The notes under the pieces: model-generated
Databases searched by the model: none
The model's input: the letters and a program-made list of their open reading frames with translations, nothing else
Told to the model about the DNA's origin: nothing
Part shown: positions 40,026 to 52,186 of the stretch, piece after piece
How the letters are laid out: each line of letters begins with the position of its first letter
Numbering within the stretch: the stretch's first letter is position 1
Program-made: the position numbers and the translations under genes
Source of the DNA: Lingula anatina
Taxonomy: Eukaryota; Animalia; Brachiopoda
Direction of reading: 5' to 3'
Assembly: GCA_051362555.1 (NCBI GenBank)
Contig: CM120643.1
Location: 1,116,001 to 1,180,000, forward strand
DNA length: 64,000 bases

Positions 40026-41217
40026 ATAAAGACATAGGGCGGCTTCGTCAATTGTTGTGCAATTATTGTAATAACATGTCTTGAAATATTGTTCGAAATA
40101 TTAAAAAAGTTTACAACATCTTTTATTGGGGATTCATGTGTGGTTCTTCCAACTGAGAATTCTTATTTTAAGACGAAAAATTTGAATCGGAAAAATGCTG
40201 TTATACTTTTACGTGAAAGGGAAAATGTTTTCCCATTTTTTAAGTCGAAGAGAAAAAAATACCCCAACGTTTACATTTGAACTGGTAAAATGCTGTAAAA
40301 CTTTGACTTGATAGAGAAAATACTTTTCATTTTTACATTAAAGAACAATGGTGTTTCATCTGCAGGAGAAAAAATACTCAGATTCTTAAAGACAAGGTGA
40401 AAAAATACTGCAATGTTTAACCTTGAATAGGTAAAATGCTGTAGAATTTTTACTTGAAAGAGAAAAACTCAGATTTTTAAAAATGAAGAGAATACTATCA
40501 TAAAAATACTGTTAAAAATGCTTTGAATTTTGTCACCAAAACGCCTTGTGCTTAACAGATTATGTACACCTACAGCGTGCAATACTGTTTTGTTTGTTGT
40601 ACAAACTAAGGCGATCATTTAGAAATAAAGGGAAAGCCTCATATTAATCAAAATAATATTCAATGCAGCTGTGCGTATAAACCACTACAACAGTTGCTTG
40701 ACCAGCAAACAATACTGCTTTACTATAACACTACCTGGCTCATAGTGTCATTCATTTAATGCTATCATTCAAATACAGTTTACTTCAATAAAATGGGAGG
40801 TTTTAATCTATTAAGTGTTTGCGAACCACAAACTATCACAATACTCTAAGTATTTGGCTTGCATACTGCTCGCTTTGTGCATTACAATAGTCTCACCTGA
40901 CTGTTAGCGGATCCTTGTTTGTTTACTATGCATCGCGTTCAACTGAACCGCAAACAATGCCACTTCTCCTTTTTTAGATCAATAATAAATGCGGGTCTTT
41001 TTTGTTCATCCAATGAAAAACTAAAACAAATCCCTACCTTTCAACAACTTGTGTATACAACAACTATTCTAACCAATATAAACATCTCATTTTTAGTGAA
41101 GTAAAACAAAACAAAACATATTATCTTTATTTTTGGAAAAAAAAAAAAAACTATATATTTAGAGGGCCATTCAGGGCCATTCCTTTTTAGTAAGGCTCCC
41201 GTCCTTGTATTACTACT
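40026..41217 (-). repeat. Right terminal inverted repeat of the Polinton-like element
   Basis: Reverse complement of 29134-30324 with only a few substitutions or indels. Confidence 0.95.
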
Positions 41218-41299
41218 AAACTCCTTTCCAGGATTCGGTGAAGTTCTTATTTGCAAAACTTGCAAAACAGCCTCAGTCACAAGGAGGTATCTTTGAGTG

Positions 41300-42453
41300 T
41301 GTTGCGGACGAGACGGTGATAGAAGCAACAAGAACGAAGTAAATAAATAAATAAATAATTTAATAGCGAATAAATGGTTACAAAAATTGAATGAAAATAA
41401 AATTAAACCAAATCGAAATGGATCGCTGTCGGTTGGACTGCTATCGAGAGATACCACTGTCGTAAGCCGCCGGTATGAATGCTGGGTCGTGGGCAGATGA
41501 GTGGCGCAGGAGTCGAGCAGACCGATATCGAGCCGCCGGGGGGACCGTCGAGTCTTAGGCCGGTGCGCGATGCTGAAGAGAACGCTGTAGTCGAGCCGCT
41601 GGGGTGACCGCGGAGTCGTAGGCCGGTGCGAGGCGCTGGAGAGAACCGCTGCTGTCGAGCCGCCGAGGTGACCGCGAAGTCGTGGGCCGGTGCGAGGCGC
41701 TGAAGAGAACCGCTGCTGTCGAGCCGCTGGGGTGACCGCGGAGTCGTAGGCCGGTGCGAGGCGCTGGAGAGAACCGCTGCTGTCGAGCCGCCGGGGTGGC
41801 CGCGGAGTCGTGGGCCGGTGCGAGGCGCTTGAGAGAACCGCTGCTGTCGAGCCGCCGGGGTGACCGCGGAGTCGTGGGCCGGTGCGAGGCGCTGGAGAGA
41901 ACCGCTGCTGTCGAGCCGCCGGGGTGACCGCGGAGTCGTGGGCCGGTGCGAGGCGCTGGAGAGAACCGCTGCTGTCGAGCCGCCGGGGTGACCGCGGAGT
42001 CGTGGGCCGGTGCGAGGCGCTGGAGAGAACCGCTGCTGTCGAGCCGCCGGGGTGGCCGCGGAGTCGTGGGCCGGTGCGAGGCGCTGGAGAGAACCGCTGC
42101 TGTCGAGCCGCCGGGGTGGCCGCGGAGTCGTGGGCCGGTGCGAGGCGCTGGAGAGAACCGCTGCTGTCGAGCCGCCGGGGTGACCGCGGAGTCGTGGGCC
42201 GGTGCGAGGCGCTGGAGAGAACCGCTGCTGTCGAGCCGCCGGGGTGACCGCGGAGTCGTGGGCCGGTGCGAGGCGCTGGAGAGAACCGCTGCTGTCGAGC
42301 CGCCGGGGTGTGTCGATGCCGCACTGCATCCCGCTGTAGAAAACGTCCAGCTTATATAGCAGCTGGACGCAAAAACTGCTCAGTTACGTTGTTGAATGCG
42401 TTCACTATTGGCAGAGTTCATTAAGTAGGGAAGTTGAGTAACTGTCGCTGACA
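41300..42453 (-). repeat. 3' LTR of the BEL/Pao element with ~12 copies of a 64-bp GC-rich unit
   Basis: Direct repeat of 45594-46496. The unit is GCCGGTGCGAGGCGCTGGAGAGAACCGCTGCTGTCGAGCCGCCGGGGTGACCGCGGAGTCGTGG. Confidence 0.95.
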
Positions 42454-42512
42454 TACCCCCTCGCAGTTACACGACTAATTGGAAGCGACAGTGTCAAAAA
42501 TTAAATATATAA

Positions 42513-45500
42513 TTAATCATTAGTGTCCCATATGAAGCCGAGTACCCGCTGGGAAGGCATGGCATACATAGAGAGGTCAAAGTTCTTGATAGGAACTTCT
42601 GATGCAGGGAGGGAGGACAATACATCTCTGGAGTTGGACACCCACTTCTTCAAACGAAATCCACCAATACTCAGTAGATCCACCAATTCATGTGATAAGG
42701 ATATGGCGAGGTCCACAGATGGTTGACTGGTACATAAATCATCCATGTAGAAGTTACGCAGTGTAGTTTCAACTGCTAGGGAAGAAAACTTGTCGGCGTT
42801 GTCAGTTGCTGTACAGCGCAAAGCATAGTTGGCACACGTGGGAGACGACTTGGCACCAAATGGATGAACGCACATCTGATACGTGTCAGGCTGTTCAATG
42901 CGTAGATCATCAGACCACAGGAAACGTAAACAGTCTCTGTCAGTTTTCAAACACAGCACTCTGTGAAACATGGACTCAATGTCTGCAGATAAACCAATGG
43001 ATACCCGTCGGAAGTTCAGTAGAACTGCTGTCAAACTGTTGAGGAGGTCTGGACCTGTAAGTAACTTGTCGTTCAGCGACGTCCCTGCATATCTGGCTGC
43101 ACAGTCTTGAACGACTCTGGTCTTATTCGAAGTGTAAACGTCATGATGCGGCAAATACCAGGTGATGGAGCTCTGTGTATGGACTTCACTGTCTGTCATC
43201 TTTCTGGCATAACCTTTCTTCAGCCATGTGTTGATGATTTCAGAGTAGCTGCGGGATCGCTCTGGATTGGTTCTCAACTTGCGGCACAGGGACTGGTAAC
43301 GCTTGAGAGCCATTACGTAGTTTGAGGGTAAAACTGTATCTTCGTTTTTCCACAGCATTGGAACCGAGTAACGTCCAGATTTATAGCTGGTTTTCTGATC
43401 AAGCTGGCTCTGGGCATGTCTGTCATCTACGGAAGTTGCTGCATTGCCTTCAAACTTGCACCCAAATGATTCTGTCGTGAAAAATTTCTCAAGTTGATCA
43501 GCATCCCCTCTGTCAATGGACTTGAAACTAGCGTGGAGGACGTGAAGACGGTGCTGTTTCGTAGTCGGGTCTGCCAATCTTCCAAGAAGTGACCAACCAA
43601 GACCAGTCTTTATAGCTATGGGAGTTCCCGGAGGACCACGTCTGTCTGGACCATGATGTCAGGTATATCACCACCGATTAACAAGCCAATATCAGGGCAG
43701 TCTGATAAAACATCTTTCAGATGTGGCAAATTGTTGATCTTGACGGAGCGTTGCGGGGTTATGTTCAACTTGTCTACCGCCCATGCCTGCTGGACTGGGA
43801 AAGAGGCATCATCGTCTTCAATGGCTGAGGAAATGGTGAAACTGACTAGCTGTGCTCGCTGGCAATCTTCATCTCGAGTTACTGTTCCCATCTGTAGGAT
43901 CTCCATTGGACCAGACAAGTTGAGCTGACTGGCTAAATCACGGCGTATCATAGTTAGTTGACTTCCACAGTCCAGTAAGGCACTAGTGTTGATCTTCTCA
44001 CCTGTGGGTGACGTCACGATCACAGGAACAACTTGCAGATAAACTTCAGAATTAGGATTTTGCATAGCAAAGGATCTTTTGGGTTGAGCTTTTTCAGTTG
44101 CTGACGGGGCCTGTACTTCTGCCTGCACTGCACTGGAAGATACACACGTGGACCGAGGGTGGTAAACTTCGTGTGGGACGTCATGGAGAGTTGTGTGATG
44201 TCTCTTGGTGCAATTATCAGCTCTGCAGCGCCCAGGGGAGGTACAATCAGATGCAATGTGTCCTGGCCGTAGACAATTCCTGCAAAGTCGATGGGAATTG
44301 ACGCATTCAAACCGTTTCTTTGTTGTCATTGCTAGATAAAGTTCACACTTGTAAAGTGCATGGAGACATCCACAAACAACACAGGTGGACTGCGAAGAGG
44401 GCCTCGAAGATGGCGTCTTGGAGAATGGATGGTCAACAGGTTTTCTCTCCTCAGGAACAGGCTGAGTAGTGTGAAAGGAAGACGCTTTACGACTTCTGGG
44501 TTGAACCGTCTCATAAACATCTTCTGCGAGGAGTGGGTCAAATAGTGAAGTTACTCTGTCTGATAACCAGCCTTCCAAATCTTCTAGAGTTGGTTCGTGG
44601 GTTGCTCGCAGAATACGGCAGCACTCAGTCCAACGTTCTCTCATACGTAGTGGGAGGCGAAGTGTACAACGTCGTACCGTGTCCAAATTCATGACGTCTG
44701 CTTGATAATTCATCCGCTTTAGAACAAAAATGCAGTCTCGGATGTTGACATAAAACGATTCAAGTTGTACCCGGTCCCGGTCCTTGATTGTTGGGCCATC
44801 TGTCACTCATTCCAAAAATGCTCGGGCCACCAGCGATCTATGTCCGAATCTGTGTTTCAGAGCTTTCAAGGCTATGGCATATGCTGCACCATCGATCCCA
44901 TATCCCGCGATATGTTGTTTTGCTTGACCAGTTACACTGCTCTGTAGTAACCACATGCGCCGGGTATCCTTAAAATAGGGTTGCTTGTGCACTTCTTCGT
45001 AAAATAGTTCAGCAAACCTTGGCCAGTCTAGTGCAGACCCGTTGAATGGCGATATGGAGGCTCTCGGAGCATCCTTCTCGAACATGCACTTCAGAATTAA
45101 TTCTTCATAGGACTTGTCTGAATCACTGGGTGTGGCTAAAACAGTCTCACTATATGGAACAAGTTCATCAATCCATGCGTCTATTGGTGCTGGGGTAGGT
45201 GTGACGGGAACATCATGGACTTGAGGCTCTTGGCCTTGAGGCTGTTGAATTGGCTGCAGCTGTTCCTTGGTCACTTGTATAACCTCGGAGATTTCCCCCA
45301 AACAATCTGCGCAGGTTTCTTCAACGCCAGTAAACCAGATCTGGGCGTCTGTGATGGCCGTTTCATCTTCCAGAATGTCGATGTATTTCAAGTTAGCAGT
45401 TTCGCATTCCTCTTTTAGAGTAGTTATTTCGTCTTTCATCTCCGACAACCGATGTTTTCTAGTGGATTCATCGTGGATGGGCTGTCTTGCTTTCAGCACA

Positions 45501-45560
45501 CGTTTAGTGAAGGCAGCCAGGCGTCCGGTTCTTGCGGCTTTCAATCTCCGTTCATCCATG
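42513..45560 (-). pseudogene. BEL/Pao gag-protease-RT polyprotein, disrupted and truncated
   Basis: Gag PFNGSALDWPRF with Cys/His clusters (CVVCGCLH, CRNCLRPGH, HHTTLH); protease ALLDCGSQ; PIAIKTGLGW across a frameshift at ~43615; RT WYLPHH, ADIESMF, PFGAKSSP and FYMDD. There is an in-frame TGA at 44807-44809, and the ORF ends at VLGFIW. Confidence 0.9.
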
Positions 45561-45593
45561 CCGTAGGTGTTGAAATCCGGCTCGCGAGACCAA

Positions 45594-46496
45594 TGTTGCG
45601 GACGAGACGGTGATAGAAGCAACAAGAACGAAGTAAATAAATAAATAAATAAATAATTTAATAGCGAATAAATGGTTACAAAAATTGAATGAAAATAAAA
45701 TTAAACCAAATTGAAATGGATCGCTGTCGGTTGGACTGCTATCGAGAGATACCACTGTCGTAAGCCGCCGGTATGAATGCTGGGTCGTGGGCAGATGAGT
45801 GGCGCAGGAGTTGAGCAGACCGATATCGAGCCGCCGGGGGGACCGTCGAGTCTTAGGTCGGTGCGAGATGCTGAAGAGAACCGCTGCTGTCGAGCCGCTG
45901 GGGTGACCGCGGAGTCGTGGGCCGGTGCGAGGCGCTGGAGAGAACCGCTGCTGTCGAGCCGCCGGGGTGACCGCGAAGTCGTGGGCCGGTGCGAGGCGCT
46001 GAAGAGAACCGCTGCTGTCGAGCCGCCGGGGTGACCGCGGAGTCGTAGGCCGGTGCGAGGTGCTGGAGAGAACCGCTGCTGTCGAGCCGCCGGGGTGGCC
46101 GCGGAGTCGTGGGCCGGTGCGAGGCGCTTGAGAGAACCGCTGCTGTCGAGCCGCCGGGGTGACCGCGGAGTCGTGGGCCGGTGCGAGGCGCTTGAGAGAA
46201 CCGCTGCTGTCGAGCCGCCGGGGTGACCGCGGAGTCGTGGGCCGGTGCGAGGCGCTTGAGAGAACCGCTGCTGTCGAGCCGCCGGGGTGACCGCGGAGTC
46301 GTGGGCCGGTGCGAGGCGCTGGAGAGAACCGCTGCTGTCGAGCCGCCGGGGTGTGTCGATGCCGCACTGCATCCCGCTGTAGAAAACGTCCAGCTTATAT
46401 AGCAGCTGGACGCAAAAACTGCTCAGTTACGTTGTTGAATGCGTTCACTATTGGCAGAGTTCATTAAGTAGGGAAGTTGAGTAACTGTCGCTGACA
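45594..46496 (-). repeat. 5' LTR of the BEL/Pao element with ~8 copies of the 64-bp unit
   Basis: Direct repeat of 41300-42453, about four units shorter. Confidence 0.95.
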
Positions 46497-48307
46497 GAGT
46501 GCTTTACTTGTGTGGAGTGTCTCCAGTTTGTCCTATATAGTTCTCACCGCATCCACTGCAAGTTAACATACATGGATTAAATTTTAGCTAGTGCAGGTGA
46601 ATGGGTGTTTGATTCTGAATGTAAGTCCATTTTTAAATGTTATATGGCTCCCCTCTTTAATTAGTGGACAGGTGCCACACCTGGGTACCTCACATTTCTG
46701 TACTCGTATTGTTGAGGTTTCCACATATGTCCTGGAATTGTTTTCAAATTTTGCTTTTGTTAAAATTTGCTTTAGTGATGGACTTTGTCTCTTACTCTTT
46801 ATAATCTGCATTTCGGTTAGTATCTCATTCATTTTGTCATCTTGTTTTACCAAAGGTAAGTTTCCAGTTATGACCTTATGTACTTCCGGATTTTTTGAAT
46901 TATATGTTGATATGTACGGTATGGCTTCCTTTTTAATTTTGTCTTTGGTGGTCCTCAGGTCGTTCTTTGGTATCTGTTTTGCCTTTTTAATCCCAGTTTG
47001 TATCAGTTGTCTTGGGTATTGTCTTCTTAATAGGAATCCTTCCAGCTCTTTGAGCCTTTGTTTTAATGTGGTTTCATTTGAGACAATTGTGCATAGTCTT
47101 CGAGCTAGATTGTGTGGTATGTTGTGCTTAATGTGCCTGGGATGACACGAGTTAAAAGGGAGATATTGTTTTGTGTCTGTTGTTTTGTAATACACATCTG
47201 TCTCAGTTTTTCCTTTTACACTCATTACCATAACATCGAGGAATGGGAGTTGTGTTGAACTTGAATCCATCGTAAAATGTAAAGAGGGATGTAGGTTGTT
47301 GAGGATCAGGTTGAAATCTTTCAATTCATTTTCTGTTTTGTCCCAAATTATAAAACAGTCATCAAGGAAACGTTTTCATGTGTTTTCTAATTGATTCCTA
47401 AATTCGACTCCAAACCGTTCTTCGCATCTTTTGTAAAGGCCTTTTTCCATGTATCCTAAGACAAGTGTAGTGTAAGTGGGGGCTACTTTTGTACCCATTG
47501 CAGTTCCTATTTTTGGCGATAATGTTTGCCGTTGAAGTGGAAAGAATTGTTTGTCAAGATGAACTTAAGTCCTTCTATAATGAGGGTATTTTGGATACGT
47601 TTTGGAATATGTGACGGGTATCTTTCTATCCAATAGCTGATTGCTTCAATGCCCAGGTCGTGAGGGATGTTTGAGTACATGTTGGTAATATCGAAGGAAA
47701 CTAGAATCGAATTTTCATTGATATTTTTTTGGCAAGTTATTAAGGAAGTCCACCGTGTCCCTTATGTAGCTTTTTACTTCTTTCGTAAAGGGTTTTAATA
47801 AAATGTCTAGAAAATTGCTAAGTCTGTGAGTTCGCATGATGGCCCAGCTATAATTGGACGCATTTTTAAATCACTCGTATCATTGACTTCTACGTAGGTC
47901 GACTTTGTTGTCTTGCATGCTTTGTTGATGCATTCGCTTTTATGTATTTTAGGGAGTCCATAGAAATTGCTCACTTTGTATTCAAAATCTGTGAGATAGT
48001 CACGTTCCTTATCTAGTAGGCCTTTCACGTGTAGCGTTAAAAGATTTTTTAACTTGCGCATAGTGGTTTTGGGGTGATATGTCGTAATTTGTTCATGGTA
48101 TGATTCGTCATCTAAGATATTCAGACATAATTTTTCATAAGTGTGGGTATCCATTATCACTACAGCACTGCCTTTGTCTGCTTCTTTGATAATTCTGTCA
48201 TTGTCATTTCTGAGTATATTGAGAGTTTTCCATTGTTCTTTATTGAAATTTCCTTTTACAGGTTGAGTTTCTATCTGATCCGTTGGGAATTTTGATATGT
48301 GGTTTAT

Positions 48308-49641
48308 GATTAATTAATTAATTAATAATTTATTAGATAAAATTGCAACCCTAAGGTTGAAGTTGTACAAATAATGTTTAAAAGAAAAATTGACAATAAA
48401 CTTTAAATTATAAAACAATAAATTATTCTTAAAAAACTACAAATTAAAAAGGCATCCATAATTACTACAAGTTAAAAAGGCAATAATTAATAAAGGGATT
48501 TTTAAAACGCTCCGTCTTCACTTTAGGTTGTAAAAATCTGGTGTTGTTTCGTAAAGGGCGGGTGTTTCTTTCAGGCAATAAATGTCCTAACTTTTCACAA
48601 TTTTTTTTAATTTTGTATAAAACCTCTGATATAGCAAATGTCTACGTTTGTCTAGGGTGTCAATGTTGCAAACTTTTAAGGCGTCATCATAACTGAAACC
48701 CGGGCAAATAATCCTTAAGGCTCTCTTTTGAACTGATTCTAGACATTCAGATTGCTCAGCAGTCAGACCTGGTCCCCATACTGGACAGGCATATTCTAAA
48801 ACTGATCTTATTACAGACTGGTAAATAAATCTTGTATGTCCAGTTTTGCCCTCTTTAGCTGTCTGAGATAAAAAAGCTTTAAACATGCCTTAGCATACAT
48901 GATTTGAATGTGTTCAGCCCACTTGAGGTCTGGGGTTAAAGTAACACCAAGTATCTTAAACTTTTTGACCTTTTCTACACGTTCACCATCTATTTCCAAT
49001 GTTGGTATTGTAAGATTACAGTTCTTGGTAAAATTTATGTCCATCAACTTAGTCTTCTTTACATTAAGTTTCATCTTGTTTTGCTTGACCCAGTCAGCCA
49101 ATTGGTCTATTGCTTGCGGTAGATGCGGTGTTTTGCCAAATTTGCAAATTTCGTAAATGGAGGTATCATCAACAAACTTAATGTCTGAACAACAAGTTTT
49201 CAGGTCATTAATCATTGCAAGGAAAAGAATGGGACCCAATTTAGTGCCCTGAGGCACTCCCCCGACTAGCTGAACCCAAACAGATTTAAAGCTACTGCAT
49301 TTTACTCGTTGCAACATCTTACAGTCTGGTATCCCTTGAATTTCTAATTTTTTCATTAAGATATTGTGATCAATCCTTTCGAAGGCTTTAGCAAAATCTA
49401 AAAATAACACCTGAGCATAAGACTTTGTTGTGGGGGATGGTTCAAGTCCTGCTAGTAATTTATGAGTCAATTCAACTAAGGCATGAGTAGTTGAACTATT
49501 TTGAATGCCACCAAACTGTGCTCTATCAATTTGCAGACCATCTGTAACCCACTTTGTAACAAAAGACTCCAAAATTTTACTTAGAACTGGTGTTAGTGAT
49601 ATAGGTCTAAGATCTGACTCGATTACCTTTGGCTGATTCAC
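48308..49641 (-). mobile_element. 5'-truncated CR1/L2-group LINE inserted into the Penelope ORF
   Basis: LRPISLTPVLSKILE, FLDFAKAFE, GVPQGTKLGP and FVDDT, with a frameshifted C-terminus. The flanks rejoin as Penelope ..ALDLYINHISKF, with a candidate TSD TTTAT (48303-48307, 49642-49646). Confidence 0.9.
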
Positions 49642-50416
49642 TTTATATATAAGTCTAATGCTGCATTCCTTCCTCTGTTTGGTGTAAAAGAACTTTTATT
49701 GCGGACAATCGATTCATCAGTACTTTCTTTGTCTTTATAAAACTCCACTAAGCGTAGCCGTCTGCAAAAATTTGAAATATCCTTTTTAAGTTCTTCATGA
49801 TTGGGGTTTTTGGGTGTGGGTGTGAATTTTAATCCTTTCTCTAGTATACTTATTTCAGTTTGTGACAATTTTTTCTTTGATAGGTTTATCACTTTCGGAT
49901 CTAGTATTGTTGAGTCGAGCGTTTTTTTTCCTGGCTGGTTTCCCTTGACCATTCCCTAAAAAATGGCCTTTTTTGTCGGTTTGATCTCACTGTTGGTTGG
50001 AATTGTCGGTTTCCTTTGTTCGTGCTGGGGTGATATGGTATAAAGGTAGTTGGATTATATTGTTGTCTCCCATGCACGCTGTTTTGTTCAGCATGGTAAA
50101 AAGGTCTTCTAGAAGCATCTGGATAAATTTGATTCTGTATCGCTACCTTTTGATATTTACTTTGTCGGTGAAAGATTTTGTGTTTGCTAGGTGTTGAGTC
50201 TTAGCATTAGGGAATGCTCTATGAACAAAAACAAGGATTTTACGGTATTCCCATTTTATAAATTCACCAGGGAAACAACCCAAACAGAAAGGGAAATAAA
50301 AGAAAATCTATTCATTAATAAGTATAAACCTACATTGAATAAATAAAAAAACACTCATTGTTAAAGACGTCACATTTAAGCCTTTATGACATCACCTAGC
50401 AACAAATAAACAAAAA

Positions 50417-50446
50417 CCCCTGAAGAAAGATAGAAACCGGTCGGGG
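50417..50446 (+). ncRNA. Minimal hammerhead-ribozyme-like motif in the Penelope 3' region
   Basis: CCC-CTGAAGA-aagata-GAAA-CCGGTC-GGGG gives core CUGANGA/GAAA, a palindromic ACCGGT stem III and a C/G stem I. Stem II looks defective. Confidence 0.5.
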
Positions 50447-50476
50447 CAAGAAAGTTGCTGTTCTTCTTTTTCTTTT

Positions 50477-50479
<3 letters not shown>

Positions 50480-50548
<69 letters not shown>
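50480..50548. repeat. (TA)n microsatellite at the Penelope 3' end
   Basis: About 34 TA units. Confidence 0.95.
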
Positions 50549-50553
<5 letters not shown>

Positions 50554-51076
50554 CAATGTTTATTGGCTAGGTATGCTGTGTAGTAACTTTAAAATTAATT
50601 ACACTGAGGGAATATTTACGTCTTTACAAGTGTAATAATAAGTTTAATTCTGTTGATCCACTGTAAGGCGTTCAGACCATCTACATGTATAAGTACATGT
50701 ATGTAAGGTGGTCAAAAATATGAACTGTGGAAAGCTACCCAGAAAGTGAATCTGCCAAGTTGAGTTCAGTCAGTGCCGAGCAATACGTTTAGCACGTATC
50801 TTAGGTGTAGTACCATTAAACAATACCGATTTTCTATCAGTATGGGGCAAAACAGTACTTTGTTTCAATGATATAAATCTATTTCCACTTCATAGCTAGG
50901 AATATCTGAATCATGATTTTGTTGAAGTCGTGGCTCAAGAATAACATATTTTGGATTATTTCAAATAAAGATAAAATGTCACATTGTGTAATGTTCTATA
51001 TTATTGCAATTATAGGAGACAAGAAAAATTAACTACACGTTTAATTATGTTTATTTAAACTATTCGAAATTTCCAG

Positions 51077-52186
51077 TTGCCCCATGTCAGCTCCTCTCAG
51101 TACAGCTACCAGGAAAACTTGCTGACCTTAAAGGCCGTGAAGACATGGTACAGCAAATACAGCAACACATTGCAGGTGAAACCCGACTTGTTCTTCTAAC
51201 TGGGATGGCGGGCATTGGGAAGACATCGGTGGCTATCGAGGTCGGGCATCGCGAGCAAAATGTTCTTTATTTTGATATGAGACAAGCCATTAACCTTGAA
51301 TCTGTCAAGTTAGCTCTAGTCCAGCACTACCACCCAACACGATCCCTGAAAGATTTATACAGTGACTTTCAAAATATATTCATACAAACATTGTCTAGTT
51401 TAACTTCAAACACTGTTATTATTTTTGATAACAACGATGATGTTATTAAGTCAAATTTGCAGGACTTTCACAACTTGCTTCAGAATTTTTTAAATTCAAC
51501 AAAGCATGTCACTTTGTTGTGTACTAGTCGTGAAGCATTCAGTGTCATTTCACATAACATGGCTGCCGTAGACGTTCCTCCCCTTGATAAGGCCTCCTCC
51601 ATTGATATCCTTTGGGAAGGAAAACCCACTAGTCCCACTGATAGTGAGTCATTAGTGTTAGGTGAAATAGCAGACAATTGCGGGGGGAACCCCCTTGCGC
51701 TCAAATTATTAGCAGTTCAACTCAAGAAAAAAACAGCACAAAGAATATTGGATAGGATGAAAAACAAAAATGTTATTGAAACCCTTAAGGTGGCAAATCT
51801 TCCAGCTTCTCAAGAAATGATGGCATGCCTGGACATGTCTTATGAAACACTGAATACTGAGGAACAGAAAGTGTTTAGGGCTTTGCACATATTTCCAGTT
51901 TCATTTTCCTTGGAAGAAATTTCAGAAATGCTAGAAATAGATGAGGATGAATGTGAGTCTATCCTTGAGAGTCTTTGCAACAAATCCATTCTTAGTTCAG
52001 ATTCTAGCTTCTATGATCTTCACCCCTTACTGAGAGCTTATGCAGCTTTTCAAGCTGGAACAGATGAAAACGAAATGGATCGCATACAAGATGCGTACTG
52101 TGAACATTACACAAAGCAGACTTATCTTCTGGTATTCGAATTTGGAACCTATTTGTCCAAGGAAACGTATGAAAAAGCAAAAAAAA
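51077..52186 (+). CDS. Second coding exon, part 1: STAND NTPase (NB-ARC/AP-ATPase) domain
   Basis: Acceptor tttccAG at 51076 is phase-compatible with the donor after 29033. Motifs: QLPGKLADLKGRE, Walker A GMAGIGKT, Walker B VIIFDNND, CTSRE, CGGNPLAL and MHD-like YDLHPLLRAYA. Confidence 0.9.

Larger units (their letters stand above)
29134..41217. mobile_element. Polinton/Maverick-derived self-synthesising element, 12,084 bp, capsid-less
   Basis: Termini are 5'-AGTAGTAAT...ATTACTACT-3' with ~1.19-kb TIRs. A perfect 6-bp TSD AAACTC lies at 29128-29133 and 41218-41223. It encodes pPolB and an integrase remnant. Confidence 0.95.
41300..46496 (-). mobile_element. BEL/Pao LTR retrotransposon, internally deleted (no RNase H or integrase), 5,197 bp
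   Basis: Paired TG...CA LTRs and a 5-bp TSD GAGTG (41295-41299, 46497-46501). The PBS TGGTCTCGCGAGCCGGA (tRNA-Tyr-like) follows the 5' LTR, and the purine tract GCGAGGGGGTA precedes the 3' LTR. Confidence 0.95.
46511..50548. mobile_element. Penelope-like retroelement (RT + GIY-YIG), 5' part inverted, degraded
   Basis: Minus strand: VINLSKKKLS..LEKGLKFTPTP, IKEADKGSAVVIMD, FYGLPKIHK, MRPIIAG, LPFLDV, YYKTTDTKQYL..SCHP and TCSGCGENYIGQTG. Plus strand ~50205-50346: IRECS..EREIKENLFINKYKPTLNK*, then a 3' UTR and (TA)n. Confidence 0.85.

Noticed and set aside
41041-42359. Long Arg/Pro/Ala-rich ORFs (also 45552-46372)
   Set aside because: They are artefacts of a stop-poor 64-bp GC-rich LTR repeat that is open in several frames on both strands.
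44807-44809. Programmed stop read-through in BEL gag
   Set aside because: BEL/Pao elements normally have one continuous ORF. The stop is mid-gag and the copy has other lesions, so a nonsense mutation is likelier.
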